Shown here: piece by piece, positions 9,209 to 18,673 of the stretch | Numbering within the stretch: position 1 is the first letter of the stretch | Layout of the letters: each line of letters opens with the position of its first letter | Source of the DNA: Thermostichus sp. DRC_bins_24 | Lineage (GTDB): Bacteria; Cyanobacteriota; Cyanobacteriia; Thermostichales; Thermostichaceae | Direction of reading: 5' to 3' | Length of the DNA: 40,299 nucleotides | Assembly: GCA_039794845.1 (NCBI GenBank) | Contig: JAUQVK010000073.1 | Coordinates: 1 to 40,299 of the forward strand | Position numbers and translations under genes: made by a program | Notes under the pieces: model-generated | What the model saw: only the letters and a program-made list of their open reading frames with translations | Database searches by the model: none | What the model was told of the DNA's origin: nothing

Positions 9209-10063
9209 TTAACCCCGGATGCCGCTCTCCAAATCGCTGGGAATGACATAGCGCTGTACAACCAAGAAAAGGGCCAAGACCGGCAACACCGAAATCAGGG
9301 ATCCCGCCGCGATCAACCGCCAATCCGCAGAAAAGGCACTGGCCAAATTCGCCACCCCCAGGGGCAAGGTATACAGCCTCGGGTCATCCAGCAGCAGCAG
9401 CGGCCAGAGAAAATCCCCCCACATGGCCACAAAGGTAAACACCGCCAAGGTGATCAAGGCGGGCCGAACCGTCGGGAGCATCACATGCCACCAAATGCCC
9501 CAACGGGAGCAACCATCGATGCGAGCGGCATCTTCCAATTCTCGGGGAACCCCCAGGAAAGCCTGTCGCAGCAAAAAAATACCGAAGGCAGAGGCTGCAT
9601 AGGGCAAGATCAGTCCCACGTAAGAATTGCGCAGCCCCCACTGCACACTCAACACGTAGAGCGGGATCATCGTGATCTGAAACGGGATCATGCTGGTGCC
9701 GATCAGCAGCCAGAACAGCAGACACCGCCCGTGAAAGGTCATGCGAGCCAAGGGGTAAGCGGCCCAAGAACAGACCCAAAGATTGGTGAAAACGGTTACC
9801 CCAGCCACCAGTAGGCTGTTGTGGGTGTAGCGCAAAAAAGGATTTTCTCGCCAAACGCGCCCAAAGGCTTGCCCAGTGGGTTGGGCCGGCAGCCAACGGG
9901 GCGGATAGGCAAAGATGTTCTCTTGGGGCGACTTGAGGGCGGTGCTCAGCAGCCACAGCAAGGGGGCCAACATCAAAATGGCCAGGGATCCCAGCAGCAG
10001 GTAGACCACCACACCCTGCTTCCAGGGTTCGCGCTTGCGGTACCTCGAAAGAAAAGATGGCAT
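9209..10063 (-). CDS. Carbohydrate ABC transporter permease (MalG/LacG type)
   Basis: About 6 TM helices; EAA loop ELEDAARIDGCS; WGDFLWPL and TLPLG motifs. Start could be 10090. Confidence 0.92.
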   Translation of the reverse strand: MPSFLSRYRKREPWKQGVVVYLLLGSLAILMLAPLLWLLSTALKSPQENIFAYPPRWLPAQPTGQAFGRVWRENPFLRYTHNSLLVAGVTVFTNLWVCSWAAYPLARMTFHGRCLLFWLLIGTSMIPFQITMIPLYVLSVQWGLRNSYVGLILPYAASAFGIFLLRQAFLGVPRELEDAARIDGCSRWGIWWHVMLPTVRPALITLAVFTFVAMWGDFLWPLLLLDDPRLYTLPLGVANLASAFSADWRLIAAGSLISVLPVLALFLVVQRYVIPSDLESGIRG

Positions 10064-10301
10064 CGTTCTACAGACAACCCCGTGGGCCATCGGGCAAGGT
10101 TAGTCAAGGGGGATCCCAAATGACAACCGAAACCTCAGCTATCGGTAGCCAATGTAACGGATCTGAGGGAGCACTTTGCAGGCAATCTAGTATCAGAGCC
10201 TCTCCAAAGAAAGGGATGGGGTAATATGACTTTGAATTAAGCTTGATGTAGCTGACAGAACCCCCTTTCCTGTACGCGCTTGCGAGGCCCGGTCTGACCT
10301 G

Positions 10302-11669
10302 ATGTCCTCCTTCCAGTATCCACCCCGTCCTGACCGCGTTAGCGCAGCTCGTCAACAGGCTTTCCGCCAGGGGCTTCTCTGGCCGCTGCTGGGTCTCCGT
10401 GCTGCGGTGGCCGGCTCTGCCGGTGCTCTGTTGGCCGTGATGTTACCGCGTCCGGTCATCCCCACCACCCTGACTGTCGAACAACAGGAAGCTTTTCGCC
10501 CAGACGCGCTGCGGGTTGCTGCCCTGGATCGCTCCCTACACATTCTGATCCTGGGCATCGATAACCCGGATCCCACCTTGTCTCCTCCCGCTGCGCAGGA
10601 TCCCCTCAATACCCGTGCCGATACGATTCTTTTGGCCCGGTTTGATCCCCAGTCCCGCCGGATCAGTGTGTTGTCGGTTCCCCGTGATACGCGGGTGCGC
10701 TTACCCGGTTTTGGTATTGGTAAGGCCAACGCGGCCAACTTCGCAGGTGGCCCGGCTATGGCAGCTCAGGTGGTGAGCGAGCTGATGGGCGGGATCCCAA
10801 TTGACCGCTACGTTCGCCTCAATACCGATGCCCTAGAGGCCCTGATCGATGCCGTCGGTGGGGTGGAGGTATACGTGCCGGAGCCAATGCAGTACGTGGA
10901 TCGAACCCAAAAGCTGTTCATCGACCTCCAGCCAGGTCTGCAACGCCTGAACGGAGAACAAGCTCACCACTTCGCCCGCTTTCGTCGCGATCACCTCGGC
11001 CTCGGCGATATTGGCCGGGTGCAACGGCAACAGGAATTGCTGCGGGCCCTCAGCCGCGAACTGCTCTCTCCGGCCACCTGGCCGCGGATCCCAAAGATTT
11101 TACAGACCATTCGCGCCAACCTCGACACCAACCTCACCTGGGAAGAAGTCTTGAGTTTGGTCAAGTTCGTCCTCACCTCTGGCGGAGATCGCATCGACCT
11201 GGTGCTCTTGCCAGGACGCTTCAGTCAGCCGGGAGAATTTTCCACCAGCTACTGGCTGCCGGACGTGGCCGGGATCCGACGGGTGGCGGCCTCTCATTTT
11301 GGCCTAGAGGCGGAGGTAGCCAGCATTCCTCCACAACGGCTGCGAATCGCGGTACAAAACGCCACGGGCGAACAGGGTATGGCCCGCCGCATGGTGCAAG
11401 AATTGGCCAGACAGGGCTTCACCCAAGCCTTTGCAGTAGAAGACAGCACTCAGATCCTGCGGCAAACGGAGATTCTTGCCCAAAGCGGGGATCGGGATGG
11501 GGCCAAACAAATTCGCACCGCCATTGGCCTTGGGGAAACGCGAGTGGAGTCTACGGGCATTCTTAACTCCGACATTACCATTCGGGTTGGTCAGGATTGG
11601 GCGCAACAGCTCACCCTTGATCTGGATATTGACCAAGCGCAGGCTTTACCTGAGGCCGCTCAGCTTTAG
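10302..11669 (+). CDS. LCP (LytR-CpsA-Psr) family protein with LytR_C domain
   Basis: ILILGID, RADTILL, SVPRDTRV, ARFR and GDIGRVQRQQ motifs; C-terminal IAVQNATG...DITIRVGQDW. Confidence 0.93.
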   Translation: MSSFQYPPRPDRVSAARQQAFRQGLLWPLLGLRAAVAGSAGALLAVMLPRPVIPTTLTVEQQEAFRPDALRVAALDRSLHILILGIDNPDPTLSPPAAQDPLNTRADTILLARFDPQSRRISVLSVPRDTRVRLPGFGIGKANAANFAGGPAMAAQVVSELMGGIPIDRYVRLNTDALEALIDAVGGVEVYVPEPMQYVDRTQKLFIDLQPGLQRLNGEQAHHFARFRRDHLGLGDIGRVQRQQELLRALSRELLSPATWPRIPKILQTIRANLDTNLTWEEVLSLVKFVLTSGGDRIDLVLLPGRFSQPGEFSTSYWLPDVAGIRRVAASHFGLEAEVASIPPQRLRIAVQNATGEQGMARRMVQELARQGFTQAFAVEDSTQILRQTEILAQSGDRDGAKQIRTAIGLGETRVESTGILNSDITIRVGQDWAQQLTLDLDIDQAQALPEAAQL

Positions 11670-11844
11670 CTTAATTCGCGAAAGCCCGGCGTGTTGGCGT
11701 TACCCATGGCGTTACCCATACGGTGTTCCCGCAGCAACTCCGCAGGAGTAACGTCGGGAGGGAAGCGAGTGACCGGGCGGAGGGAAGGAACGAGAGTCTG
11801 TGTTGCTTGCCCGGTATTTCCGGTATTTCAATCCGGTATTTTAA

Positions 11845-12215
11845 GTGACCTACTCCCGACACCGATGCAAGCCTACGGCGCAGACTTCTCCCACGGCGCG
11901 AGTTTTACCTCTGGTTAGCCGATTCGAGCTCTTTAGGGTGAGGAAGACGCCCAGCCCCACGGTTGATATTTTTCTCCACAAAGGAGGCTTGCTACTTTGG
12001 CCATCCACATTTCAACCTTGGAAACGCCTTCCTGCTGTGGGTGCTGTGGGTGTCTACTCCAGGTGTCGGCGTGGAACCGATGAAGAATCATGAAGAATCA
12101 TTGGGTGTTGTTGTACAACATTTGTTCGCCTTTGGCTCACTCGGCTTTCATCCCGACACTCATCCTATAGGGTGCGGGGCTAGGAACGACCTGCGGTCTA
12201 CCCGCCGAAAAAGCT
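11845..12215 (-). mobile_element. Non-autonomous IS200/IS605-family mini-element with no tnpA/tnpB ORF
   Basis: Two related subterminal imperfect hairpins in direct orientation (TCCCGACAC at 11854 and 12151). On the minus strand the right end reads ...GTGTCGGGAGTAGGTCAC and the left end starts near TTTAGC. No TIRs and no flanking target duplication. Matches, from memory, the end architecture of cyanobacterial IS605-type elements. Left boundary is approximate. Confidence 0.65.
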
Positions 12216-12285
12216 AAAAAAGCTAAAATTAAGAAAAGATAAGCCCCTCTTGGGGAACTGATGGGTTGGGCAAAGGAGCAGCAGC

Positions 12286-12474
12286 GTGGTTTCGGATCCC
12301 GTGCAGGAGTGGTATGTGATTAAGCAGCCGCAGGGATTCTGTCAGGTTCTATCCCTGGTTGCCGGGGATCCCCTCTTGAGCCAACAGAAGTATTGGGGGC
12401 CTTTCCCCAGCCGGGCAGAAGCGATCGCACGACGGGTCGGACTGATCCGAGCAGGCCAATGTCAACCCGTTTGA
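12286..12474 (+). CDS. Conserved small cyanobacterial hypothetical protein
   Basis: WYVIK...G.C...WGPF.SR.EAIARRVGLIRAG.CQP pattern. AAGGAG RBS upstream of the GTG; overlaps the start of the next gene. Confidence 0.75.
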   Translation: MVSDPVQEWYVIKQPQGFCQVLSLVAGDPLLSQQKYWGPFPSRAEAIARRVGLIRAGQCQPV

Positions 12475-13646
12475 AATTGCGTTGGTGCCACGATATCCGC
12501 GAGATCCCGGCTGCCGCCTGGCAAGCGCTGGAAACGGAGCGCACCTCCCCTTTTTTGGAATACGAATGGCTGCACAGTCTTGAAAGCTCGGGTTCTGCCA
12601 GCCGCAAAACGGGGTGGATGCCCTGCCACCTTGTGGTGGAATCCGAGGGCCAATTGATCGCCGCCACTCCCCTGTATTTGAAAAGCCACAGCCAAGGGGA
12701 ATTTGTTTTCGACCAAGAATGGGCTGCTGTTGCCGGCCAACTGGGGGAACGCTACTACCCGAAGTTGATCGGCATGGCCCCGTTTACCCCGGCTACCGGC
12801 TATCGCATCCTCGTCCACCCCGAGAGTTCAGAAGCCGAGCTATGGCCGCTGATGTTGATGGCTATTGATCGCTTTTGTCAGGAGAACGACATTTCTGTTT
12901 TCAGTTTGCTTTATGTAGATCTGGACTGGCGAGAACAGCTGGAAGCGGATGGGTTCATTCCCCGCATTACCCACAACTACCAATGGCACAATCCCGGCTA
13001 CCACTCCTACGAAGACTTCTTAAGCCGGTTTAACGCCAACCAGCGGCGCAACATTAAACGGGAGCGGGCGGCGATGGAAAAAAGTGGCCTGCGCCTCAAC
13101 ATCTATACCGGGGATCGGATCTCGCCCCGACAACTTTCTTTAATGTACGACTTTTACAGCAACACTTGCGCCCAATTCTGGAACTGGAGCAAATACCTAA
13201 ATCGCCGTTTTTTCGAGTCCCTACACACCAACTATCGGGAACGGGTGGTGTTGGTGGCCGGAGAACGAGACGAAGAGGTGGTGGGGATGTCTTTTTGCAT
13301 TCGTAAAGGCGACCGCTTGTTTGGGCGTTACTGGGGATGCCGGGAGGAGATCAAGTTTCTGCACTTTAATGTTTGCTATTACGAGCCGATTGCACTCGCC
13401 ATTCAAGAAGGGATCCGCAATTTCGACCCCGGAGCAGGGGGATCCCATAAGATTCGCCGCGGCTTTCCGGCTACCCCTGTTTACAGTTACCACCGTTTTT
13501 ATCGCCCAAAACTGCAGCAGGTTTTGGTGCCTTATCTCAATCGGGTCAACCCCCTGATGCTGGCTGAGCTGGAGAATGTCAATCAAAATGAGGTTCCTTT
13601 CCGGGAAGATATTCTTCCCTCCTTATCGACTCTGACCAATCGTTAG
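12459..13646 (+). CDS. GNAT-fold FemAB-like protein (DUF482 family)
   Basis: PFLEYEWL..LE.SGS, PLYLKSHSQGEFVFD, YYPKL..PFTP, GRYWG, LHFNVCYY and FDPGAGG.HK.RRGF motifs. Confidence 0.9.
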   Translation: MSTRLKLRWCHDIREIPAAAWQALETERTSPFLEYEWLHSLESSGSASRKTGWMPCHLVVESEGQLIAATPLYLKSHSQGEFVFDQEWAAVAGQLGERYYPKLIGMAPFTPATGYRILVHPESSEAELWPLMLMAIDRFCQENDISVFSLLYVDLDWREQLEADGFIPRITHNYQWHNPGYHSYEDFLSRFNANQRRNIKRERAAMEKSGLRLNIYTGDRISPRQLSLMYDFYSNTCAQFWNWSKYLNRRFFESLHTNYRERVVLVAGERDEEVVGMSFCIRKGDRLFGRYWGCREEIKFLHFNVCYYEPIALAIQEGIRNFDPGAGGSHKIRRGFPATPVYSYHRFYRPKLQQVLVPYLNRVNPLMLAELENVNQNEVPFREDILPSLSTLTNR

Positions 13647-13657
13647 GAAACCCTCAA

Positions 13658-14332
13658 TTACCACTGGATAATCTTTTTCTGGACGGCTGTCATACACATG
13701 GCGACACGAGCGTTAATCTCATCTTCCGACTCAAAGATATCCAGTTTTTCCTTTAAGCGCTGAATGCAGTTTTGCACCGTCTTTTTGCTGGTGTGGATGC
13801 GGTCGGCAATGGCTTGGTCGGTGAGGGCTTCTTTGCAGAGCAGATTTAAGACTTCGATCTCTCGCTCGGTTAGCTTGGTGAGGCCCCGCAGCTCACGGGG
13901 CATCCGCAATTCCCCATTGAGGGCGCTTTTGGCCCCCTCAAGAAAGACCGTGCGGCGTTCCATTTTGTTGACTGCGGCAAACCCACCCTGGTGCTTGCTG
14001 ATCAAGCCCACCAACGGCGTCAGGAGCAAGGGCTCACTGGAATAGGCCATCACGTTCAGTGTCGGGTAGTTCTCAAAAATGTGGCGCAAAAACTCCAGGC
14101 CAGGCTCGGCAGATTGTTCCCCACTGGTTTGGCCGTAGAGCAAATCTGAGACCACCAAGTTCGGCGCTTCTCGTTGCAGGCGCAGGATCCCATCCATGGG
14201 ATTGGTGACGGTAATGCACTGGGCATCCGCCGAAATCCGTTGCAGCCACTCGCAGTTGTTCTGGGCTACTTCCGGATGATCTTCAACGATCAAAAACTTG
14301 AGCGGGGCAGTTGGGCTCTCAACCTCAGACAT
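13658..14332 (-). CDS. NarL/LuxR-family response regulator (no adjacent kinase)
   Basis: Receiver domain (IVEDH, VSDL, NK) plus HTH (LTEREIEVL...QAIADRIHTSKKTVQN). GAGGAG RBS 8 nt before the ATG at 14332. Confidence 0.9.
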   Translation of the reverse strand: MSEVESPTAPLKFLIVEDHPEVAQNNCEWLQRISADAQCITVTNPMDGILRLQREAPNLVVSDLLYGQTSGEQSAEPGLEFLRHIFENYPTLNVMAYSSEPLLLTPLVGLISKHQGGFAAVNKMERRTVFLEGAKSALNGELRMPRELRGLTKLTEREIEVLNLLCKEALTDQAIADRIHTSKKTVQNCIQRLKEKLDIFESEDEINARVAMCMTAVQKKIIQW

Positions 14333-14519
14333 TAGATCCACTCCTCAATGGATTGTGCTGGTATGGCCGTCAAGACCTCCACAGACAAGGGATCCAACCC
14401 ATGATGACCAATCCAGCAGGCTACCCCAGTGTAACCTCAAGTCGGAATCCAGGGTTGCCTCAGGAGAAGCCAGAAATGAACAGGTTAGGCTAGGAGGTGA
14501 TGTCAAGGGGATCCCGCCT

Positions 14520-15266
14520 GTGGTACCACTGCAAGATCGCAACCCAACTACCCGCACCGCCTACGTGACCTATGCGCTGCTGATCGTCAACATTCTGGTT
14601 TTTGTCTACGAGCTAACTCTGTCGCCACAGGAGTTAAGAGCCTTTTTCCAGGAGTGGGCGGTGGTGCCTGCTGAGCTGACGGCCAGTTTCCGGGGGGAGG
14701 CCACCTCCTCCGTCCGTCCGGAATGGGTAACCCTCTTCACTTCACAATTTTTGCATGGAGGCTTTCTCCACATTGCCGGGAATATGCTCTTCTTGTGGGT
14801 CTTTGGCAACAATGTCGAGGATCGCTTGGGCCACGTGCGCTACCTCATTTTCTATCTTACCTGTGGTGCCCTGGCGGCTTTAACCCAATGGTTTTTCGAC
14901 ATGGAATCCACGATTCCTTCTTTGGGGGCAAGCGGAGCCATTGCCGGAGTATTGGGAGCCTATATTTTGCGCTTTCCACGGGCCGAGGTGCTGACGTTGG
15001 TGCCCTTGGGTATTTTCATCACAACCATTTACGTTCCTGCCTGGGTTTTCTTGGGTTTTTGGTTTGTGCAGCAGGCCTTTTACGGTATTGCCAGCCTACA
15101 GACGACCACCAATATCGGGATGGAGGGGGGCGGTATTGCCTACTGGGCCCACGCGGGTGGCTTTGTATTTGGGGCAATTTTGGGGCCATTCATGGGTTTG
15201 TTTGCGGGCAAAAGTCCTTACGATCGCCAGGCGGCCTTGCGGCGGCGAGAAGAGGAATTGCTGTGA
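14520..15266 (+). CDS. Rhomboid family intramembrane serine protease
   Basis: FLHGGFLHIAGNM, GASG catalytic Ser and AYWAHAGG catalytic His. GTG start at (M)VPLQDRNPT. Confidence 0.93.
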   Translation: MVPLQDRNPTTRTAYVTYALLIVNILVFVYELTLSPQELRAFFQEWAVVPAELTASFRGEATSSVRPEWVTLFTSQFLHGGFLHIAGNMLFLWVFGNNVEDRLGHVRYLIFYLTCGALAALTQWFFDMESTIPSLGASGAIAGVLGAYILRFPRAEVLTLVPLGIFITTIYVPAWVFLGFWFVQQAFYGIASLQTTTNIGMEGGGIAYWAHAGGFVFGAILGPFMGLFAGKSPYDRQAALRRREEELL

Positions 15267-15336
15267 GAGATCCCTCGTGAATCAAAAAAATGGCATCTAC
15301 CCGTGAAATTAATTTGAAAGGATCCCGGAGCGATTG

Positions 15337-15903
15337 ATGGCTAGCCTATCTGCCAAACTCCTAACCCTAGAGGACTTTCTGCAACAGCCAGAGACTCAAC
15401 CTGCCGGCGAGTTCATGGAAGGCAAGATCATTCAAAAGCCGATGCCACAGGGAAGACACAGCTTACTTCAAGGGGAGCTTACTTCTGCCCTTAATGCCAG
15501 TCTCAAGCCCAAAAAGATTGGCCGGGCCTTTCCAGAACTGCGTTGCACTTTTGCGGGGCGTTCCATTGTGCCGGATATTGCTGTGATCCTATGGGATCGG
15601 ATCCCTGTGGAGGAAGACGGCACGATTCAAGACTTGATCTCTTTTTGCCCCGATTGGGTCATCGAGATCTTATCCCCCGACCAAAACCAGACCCAGCTCA
15701 CCAGAAAAGTTTTGGGCTGTTTGGAGCATGGCTGTTGGATGGGATGGATTGTGGATCCTGAGGAAAGGGTTGTTTTCACCTATCCTGCTCGGCAGCAACC
15801 GACCCTACATGAAGCTCCTGAAGACATCATCCCAGTTCCTGAATTTGCGCAAGGGATCCAACTCACGGTTGAGGAATTGTTTGGCTGGATGCAAGTGAAA
15901 TAG
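15337..15903 (+). CDS. Uma2 family endonuclease-like protein
   Basis: KPMPQGRHS, AFPELRCTF, SIVPDIAV and PDWVIEILSPDQ motifs. Confidence 0.92.
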   Translation: MASLSAKLLTLEDFLQQPETQPAGEFMEGKIIQKPMPQGRHSLLQGELTSALNASLKPKKIGRAFPELRCTFAGRSIVPDIAVILWDRIPVEEDGTIQDLISFCPDWVIEILSPDQNQTQLTRKVLGCLEHGCWMGWIVDPEERVVFTYPARQQPTLHEAPEDIIPVPEFAQGIQLTVEELFGWMQVK

Positions 15904-15907
15904 AGCT

Positions 15908-16672
15908 TTACCCAGATACTTCTACTTCCGCCCAAGCTGGGATCCGCTCCCGCAGGGTTTTAAGCTGCTGTTTCAGCTGTCGATAGTGGGGTTCGTGGTG
16001 CTCCACCAACTGCCAAAAGGTTGCCGAATGATTGAGATGCACGGTGTGACAAAGCTCATGCACCAGCACATAACGCACCACCTCAGGCGGAAAAAACAGC
16101 AGCTTATCGTTCAGGTTGATATTGCCCTGCCGGGAACAGCTACCCCAGCGGGTGCGTTGGCCGCGGATACTCAGACGACCAAAAGGCATCCCCAACTCTC
16201 GGCTGAGGCGATGTAGCCAGGGATGTAACCGGGCTTTGGCCTGCACCCGCAACCAGGCTTGCAACAGGGCACAGCACAGCAGTGGTGTATCTTGTCCACG
16301 GTTGAGCTGCAGGATCCCGTTGCGCTCTTGCCAGGTGGGTTTGTTGCCGTCTGGGCGGTAAAGGACCGACCATTTGCTGCGAGCATTTGGGTCAGGGTGA
16401 GCCGGTAAGTGAATGTGATCCGGCAGTTGCAGAGTAGGTGGAGGGTGCCTTTGCACCACCCGCTGGATCCAAGGGGCATGGTGTTGCAGAATCTCAGGGA
16501 TCCGCCTGCGATCAAACCCCAGGGGAAGGACCAGTTCCAACCCCTTGCGGGGAGAATACTTCAAGATCACCCGCCGGGCCCGCGCACTCTCTCGGATATT
16601 CGGATCTGGCCAGGGATCCACCTGACTTGCCTCTGCCAACTCCGCAAATAAGTTCAGTTGTTCGGCTTTCAT
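15908..16672 (-). CDS. YgjP/DUF45-type (M48/SprT-like) zinc metallohydrolase
   Basis: QRTRWGSCS motif, and YVLVHELCH (HEXXH) followed by NHS..FW. Confidence 0.9.
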   Translation of the reverse strand: MKAEQLNLFAELAEASQVDPWPDPNIRESARARRVILKYSPRKGLELVLPLGFDRRRIPEILQHHAPWIQRVVQRHPPPTLQLPDHIHLPAHPDPNARSKWSVLYRPDGNKPTWQERNGILQLNRGQDTPLLCCALLQAWLRVQAKARLHPWLHRLSRELGMPFGRLSIRGQRTRWGSCSRQGNINLNDKLLFFPPEVVRYVLVHELCHTVHLNHSATFWQLVEHHEPHYRQLKQQLKTLRERIPAWAEVEVSG

Positions 16673-16708
16673 GTCAGCGGGCCAACTCCAAGGTTTTATC
16701 GGCAATCC

Positions 16709-17740
16709 TCAGGGCTTGAGAAAATCCACCAACTGCTGCAAGCGCTCCCAGGCGGCTCCACTGGCGAGAATCTCCTGGGCTTGCGTCACCCCTGCCCCCC
16801 AATCGGGAGCCACCCCCGCCACCTGCAAAGCCAAGGCCGCATTCAGGGCCACCACATCCCGATGGGCTGGTTCTCCGGATCCCTGCAATACCCGGGTGAG
16901 GATGGCAGTATTTTCCGGCAGCTCCCCTCCTTTCAGAGCTTGGGTGGGTACTGGGGTTAGGCCATAGTCCCGTGGGTTCAGCACCTCGGCCCGTACCGCT
17001 CCCTCGGAAAGCACTCCCAAATCGGTGGGTTGATCCAGCCCGGCTTCATCCAGCCCTTCACGGCTGTGCAACACGATCGCCCCTTCACAACCGAGTAGAC
17101 GCAAGGCTTCTGCCAGGATCGGCACCAACTCCTGGGCATAGACCCCAATCACCTGACGATTGGGATAAAAGGGATTCACCAGCGGCCCCAACAAATTAAA
17201 AACGGTGCGGACTTTCAGGGCACGTCGATAGGGGATCACCGCCCGCATCGCCGGGTGCCAGTGGGGAGCAAACAAAAAAGTAATGCCCACCTCGGTTGCA
17301 GCCGCCCGGATCCGCTCCGGCTCCGCCGCCAGATTCACCCCCAGCGCTTCCAACACATCCGCTGACCCCACTTTGCTCGAAGCCGAACGGTTGCCATGCT
17401 TGACCACCGGGATCCCAGCTGCACTGACCACAAAAGCCACAGCCGTTGAGATGTTGAACGTGCCCGCCCCATCACCACCCGTACCGCAGGTATCCACCAG
17501 CAAGGGCAACTCCAGAGGGGATCCGCTCGAAGCCCGTTGCAGCACCCGCGCCATGCCCGCCAGTTCACTGGCACTTACTCCCTTCGCCTGGAGAGCCGCC
17601 AGAATCGCCCCCGACACCACATCCGGCACCTGGTTCTGGAGCCAACCGTTCATTAACTGTTCTGCTTGGGCTTCACTCAGGGATTGCCGATCCAACAGTT
17701 GCCCCAAAAGCTGTGGCCAAAGGTCAGCCGTTTCCGTCAT
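16709..17740 (-). CDS. trpD: Anthranilate phosphoribosyltransferase
   Basis: [37 protein letters not shown] and GLDE motifs. Confidence 0.97.
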   Translation of the reverse strand: MTETADLWPQLLGQLLDRQSLSEAQAEQLMNGWLQNQVPDVVSGAILAALQAKGVSASELAGMARVLQRASSGSPLELPLLVDTCGTGGDGAGTFNISTAVAFVVSAAGIPVVKHGNRSASSKVGSADVLEALGVNLAAEPERIRAAATEVGITFLFAPHWHPAMRAVIPYRRALKVRTVFNLLGPLVNPFYPNRQVIGVYAQELVPILAEALRLLGCEGAIVLHSREGLDEAGLDQPTDLGVLSEGAVRAEVLNPRDYGLTPVPTQALKGGELPENTAILTRVLQGSGEPAHRDVVALNAALALQVAGVAPDWGAGVTQAQEILASGAAWERLQQLVDFLKP

Positions 17741-17831
17741 CGATTCAGGATCCTGGTTTCCACGTAGGTGTTCATAGGGTGTTCATAGGTACTGTATCAG
17801 CCCTCTTGGGGTTGCGTTTGCGTCTTCACCC

Positions 17832-18653
17832 CTACAAATCCCGAATCCAAGGGATCCCAGAAAGGGGCAGGCGTCGCCAGATCTTCTCGCTCCCTTCAGG
17901 ATCTGCCAAACGCCAAGCCAGTAACCCTGCCGCCGAGAGCAACAGCACAGCCAGCAGCAGCGTGATGCCATTTTGTACCGTTTTCAAGATCTGCCCGAGG
18001 GTGGCTTGATTGGACTTCGGTTGAGGAGCCCTCGACTGGGGAGAGCGTGGCTGGGGCTTGGGGCCTGCTGGGGAGGGAGTCGAAGCAGAGGGGGGAGTTC
18101 TCGGTTGGTTGGTAGCAGAGATGGAAACCACACTGGCCGCAGGAATGGCCGGCCCTGGCAACCGATTGAGAGTCGCTACCACAGGCTGAGGGCGCTGCTG
18201 TTGGCGCATCCATTGGTTCAGCTCCGCTAGGGAAATGCTGCAGAGATTGCTATGGCCTAGCGCCTGAATACGCCCCACCAAGGGCCGGTCATTGCTCACC
18301 AAAACCACCAAAGTCCCGGGTTGTTGCTGGGCCAAGGCGTAGGCACATTCGGCAATGGCTTCTTCTAGGCGGGCCCGCTGACTCATAGATTGACCGGCAG
18401 GATTAGCCCCACCCACCACCAAGGCACTGGCTTCTGAGATTTGAAACCCCAAGCTGGGCCACTGGCGCAAAAACTCGCGGGCAGTTGATTCTTCCTGGGG
18501 CTCGATGGCCTGTCGGGTGAGGCGCTCTAACTCCGTCATGACGGCACGGGGCAGCACGCACAGCCCAAATCGACTCCATTCTTGCCACAACGGCAAGCGA
18601 CCGGCCAAAATCACCGGGCTATCAAACACCAACAACGGCGGGATCTCGGCCAT
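17832..18653 (-). CDS. PIN-domain protein with Pro-rich linker and C-terminal membrane anchor
   Basis: PIN-like pattern LLVFDS, LPRAVMTEL and LVSND; P/S/Q-rich linker; hydrophobic ITLLLAVLLLSAAGLLAW helix near the C-terminus. Confidence 0.72.
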   Translation of the reverse strand: MAEIPPLLVFDSPVILAGRLPLWQEWSRFGLCVLPRAVMTELERLTRQAIEPQEESTAREFLRQWPSLGFQISEASALVVGGANPAGQSMSQRARLEEAIAECAYALAQQQPGTLVVLVSNDRPLVGRIQALGHSNLCSISLAELNQWMRQQQRPQPVVATLNRLPGPAIPAASVVSISATNQPRTPPSASTPSPAGPKPQPRSPQSRAPQPKSNQATLGQILKTVQNGITLLLAVLLLSAAGLLAWRLADPEGSEKIWRRLPLSGIPWIRDL

Positions 18654-18673
18654 GGATCATCCAAGCGCTTTTC

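Noticed and set aside
11671..12217. Short ORFs in the LCP-downstream gap as tnpA/tnpB remnants
   Set aside because: No HUH, RuvC or zinc-ribbon motif. A KNINRG stretch on the minus strand is preceded by a stop and is too weak to call.
15337..16672. Uma2 plus YgjP-like hydrolase as a defence island
   Set aside because: The genes are convergent, both families are common dispersed genes in cyanobacteria, and no restriction-modification or other defence genes are adjacent.
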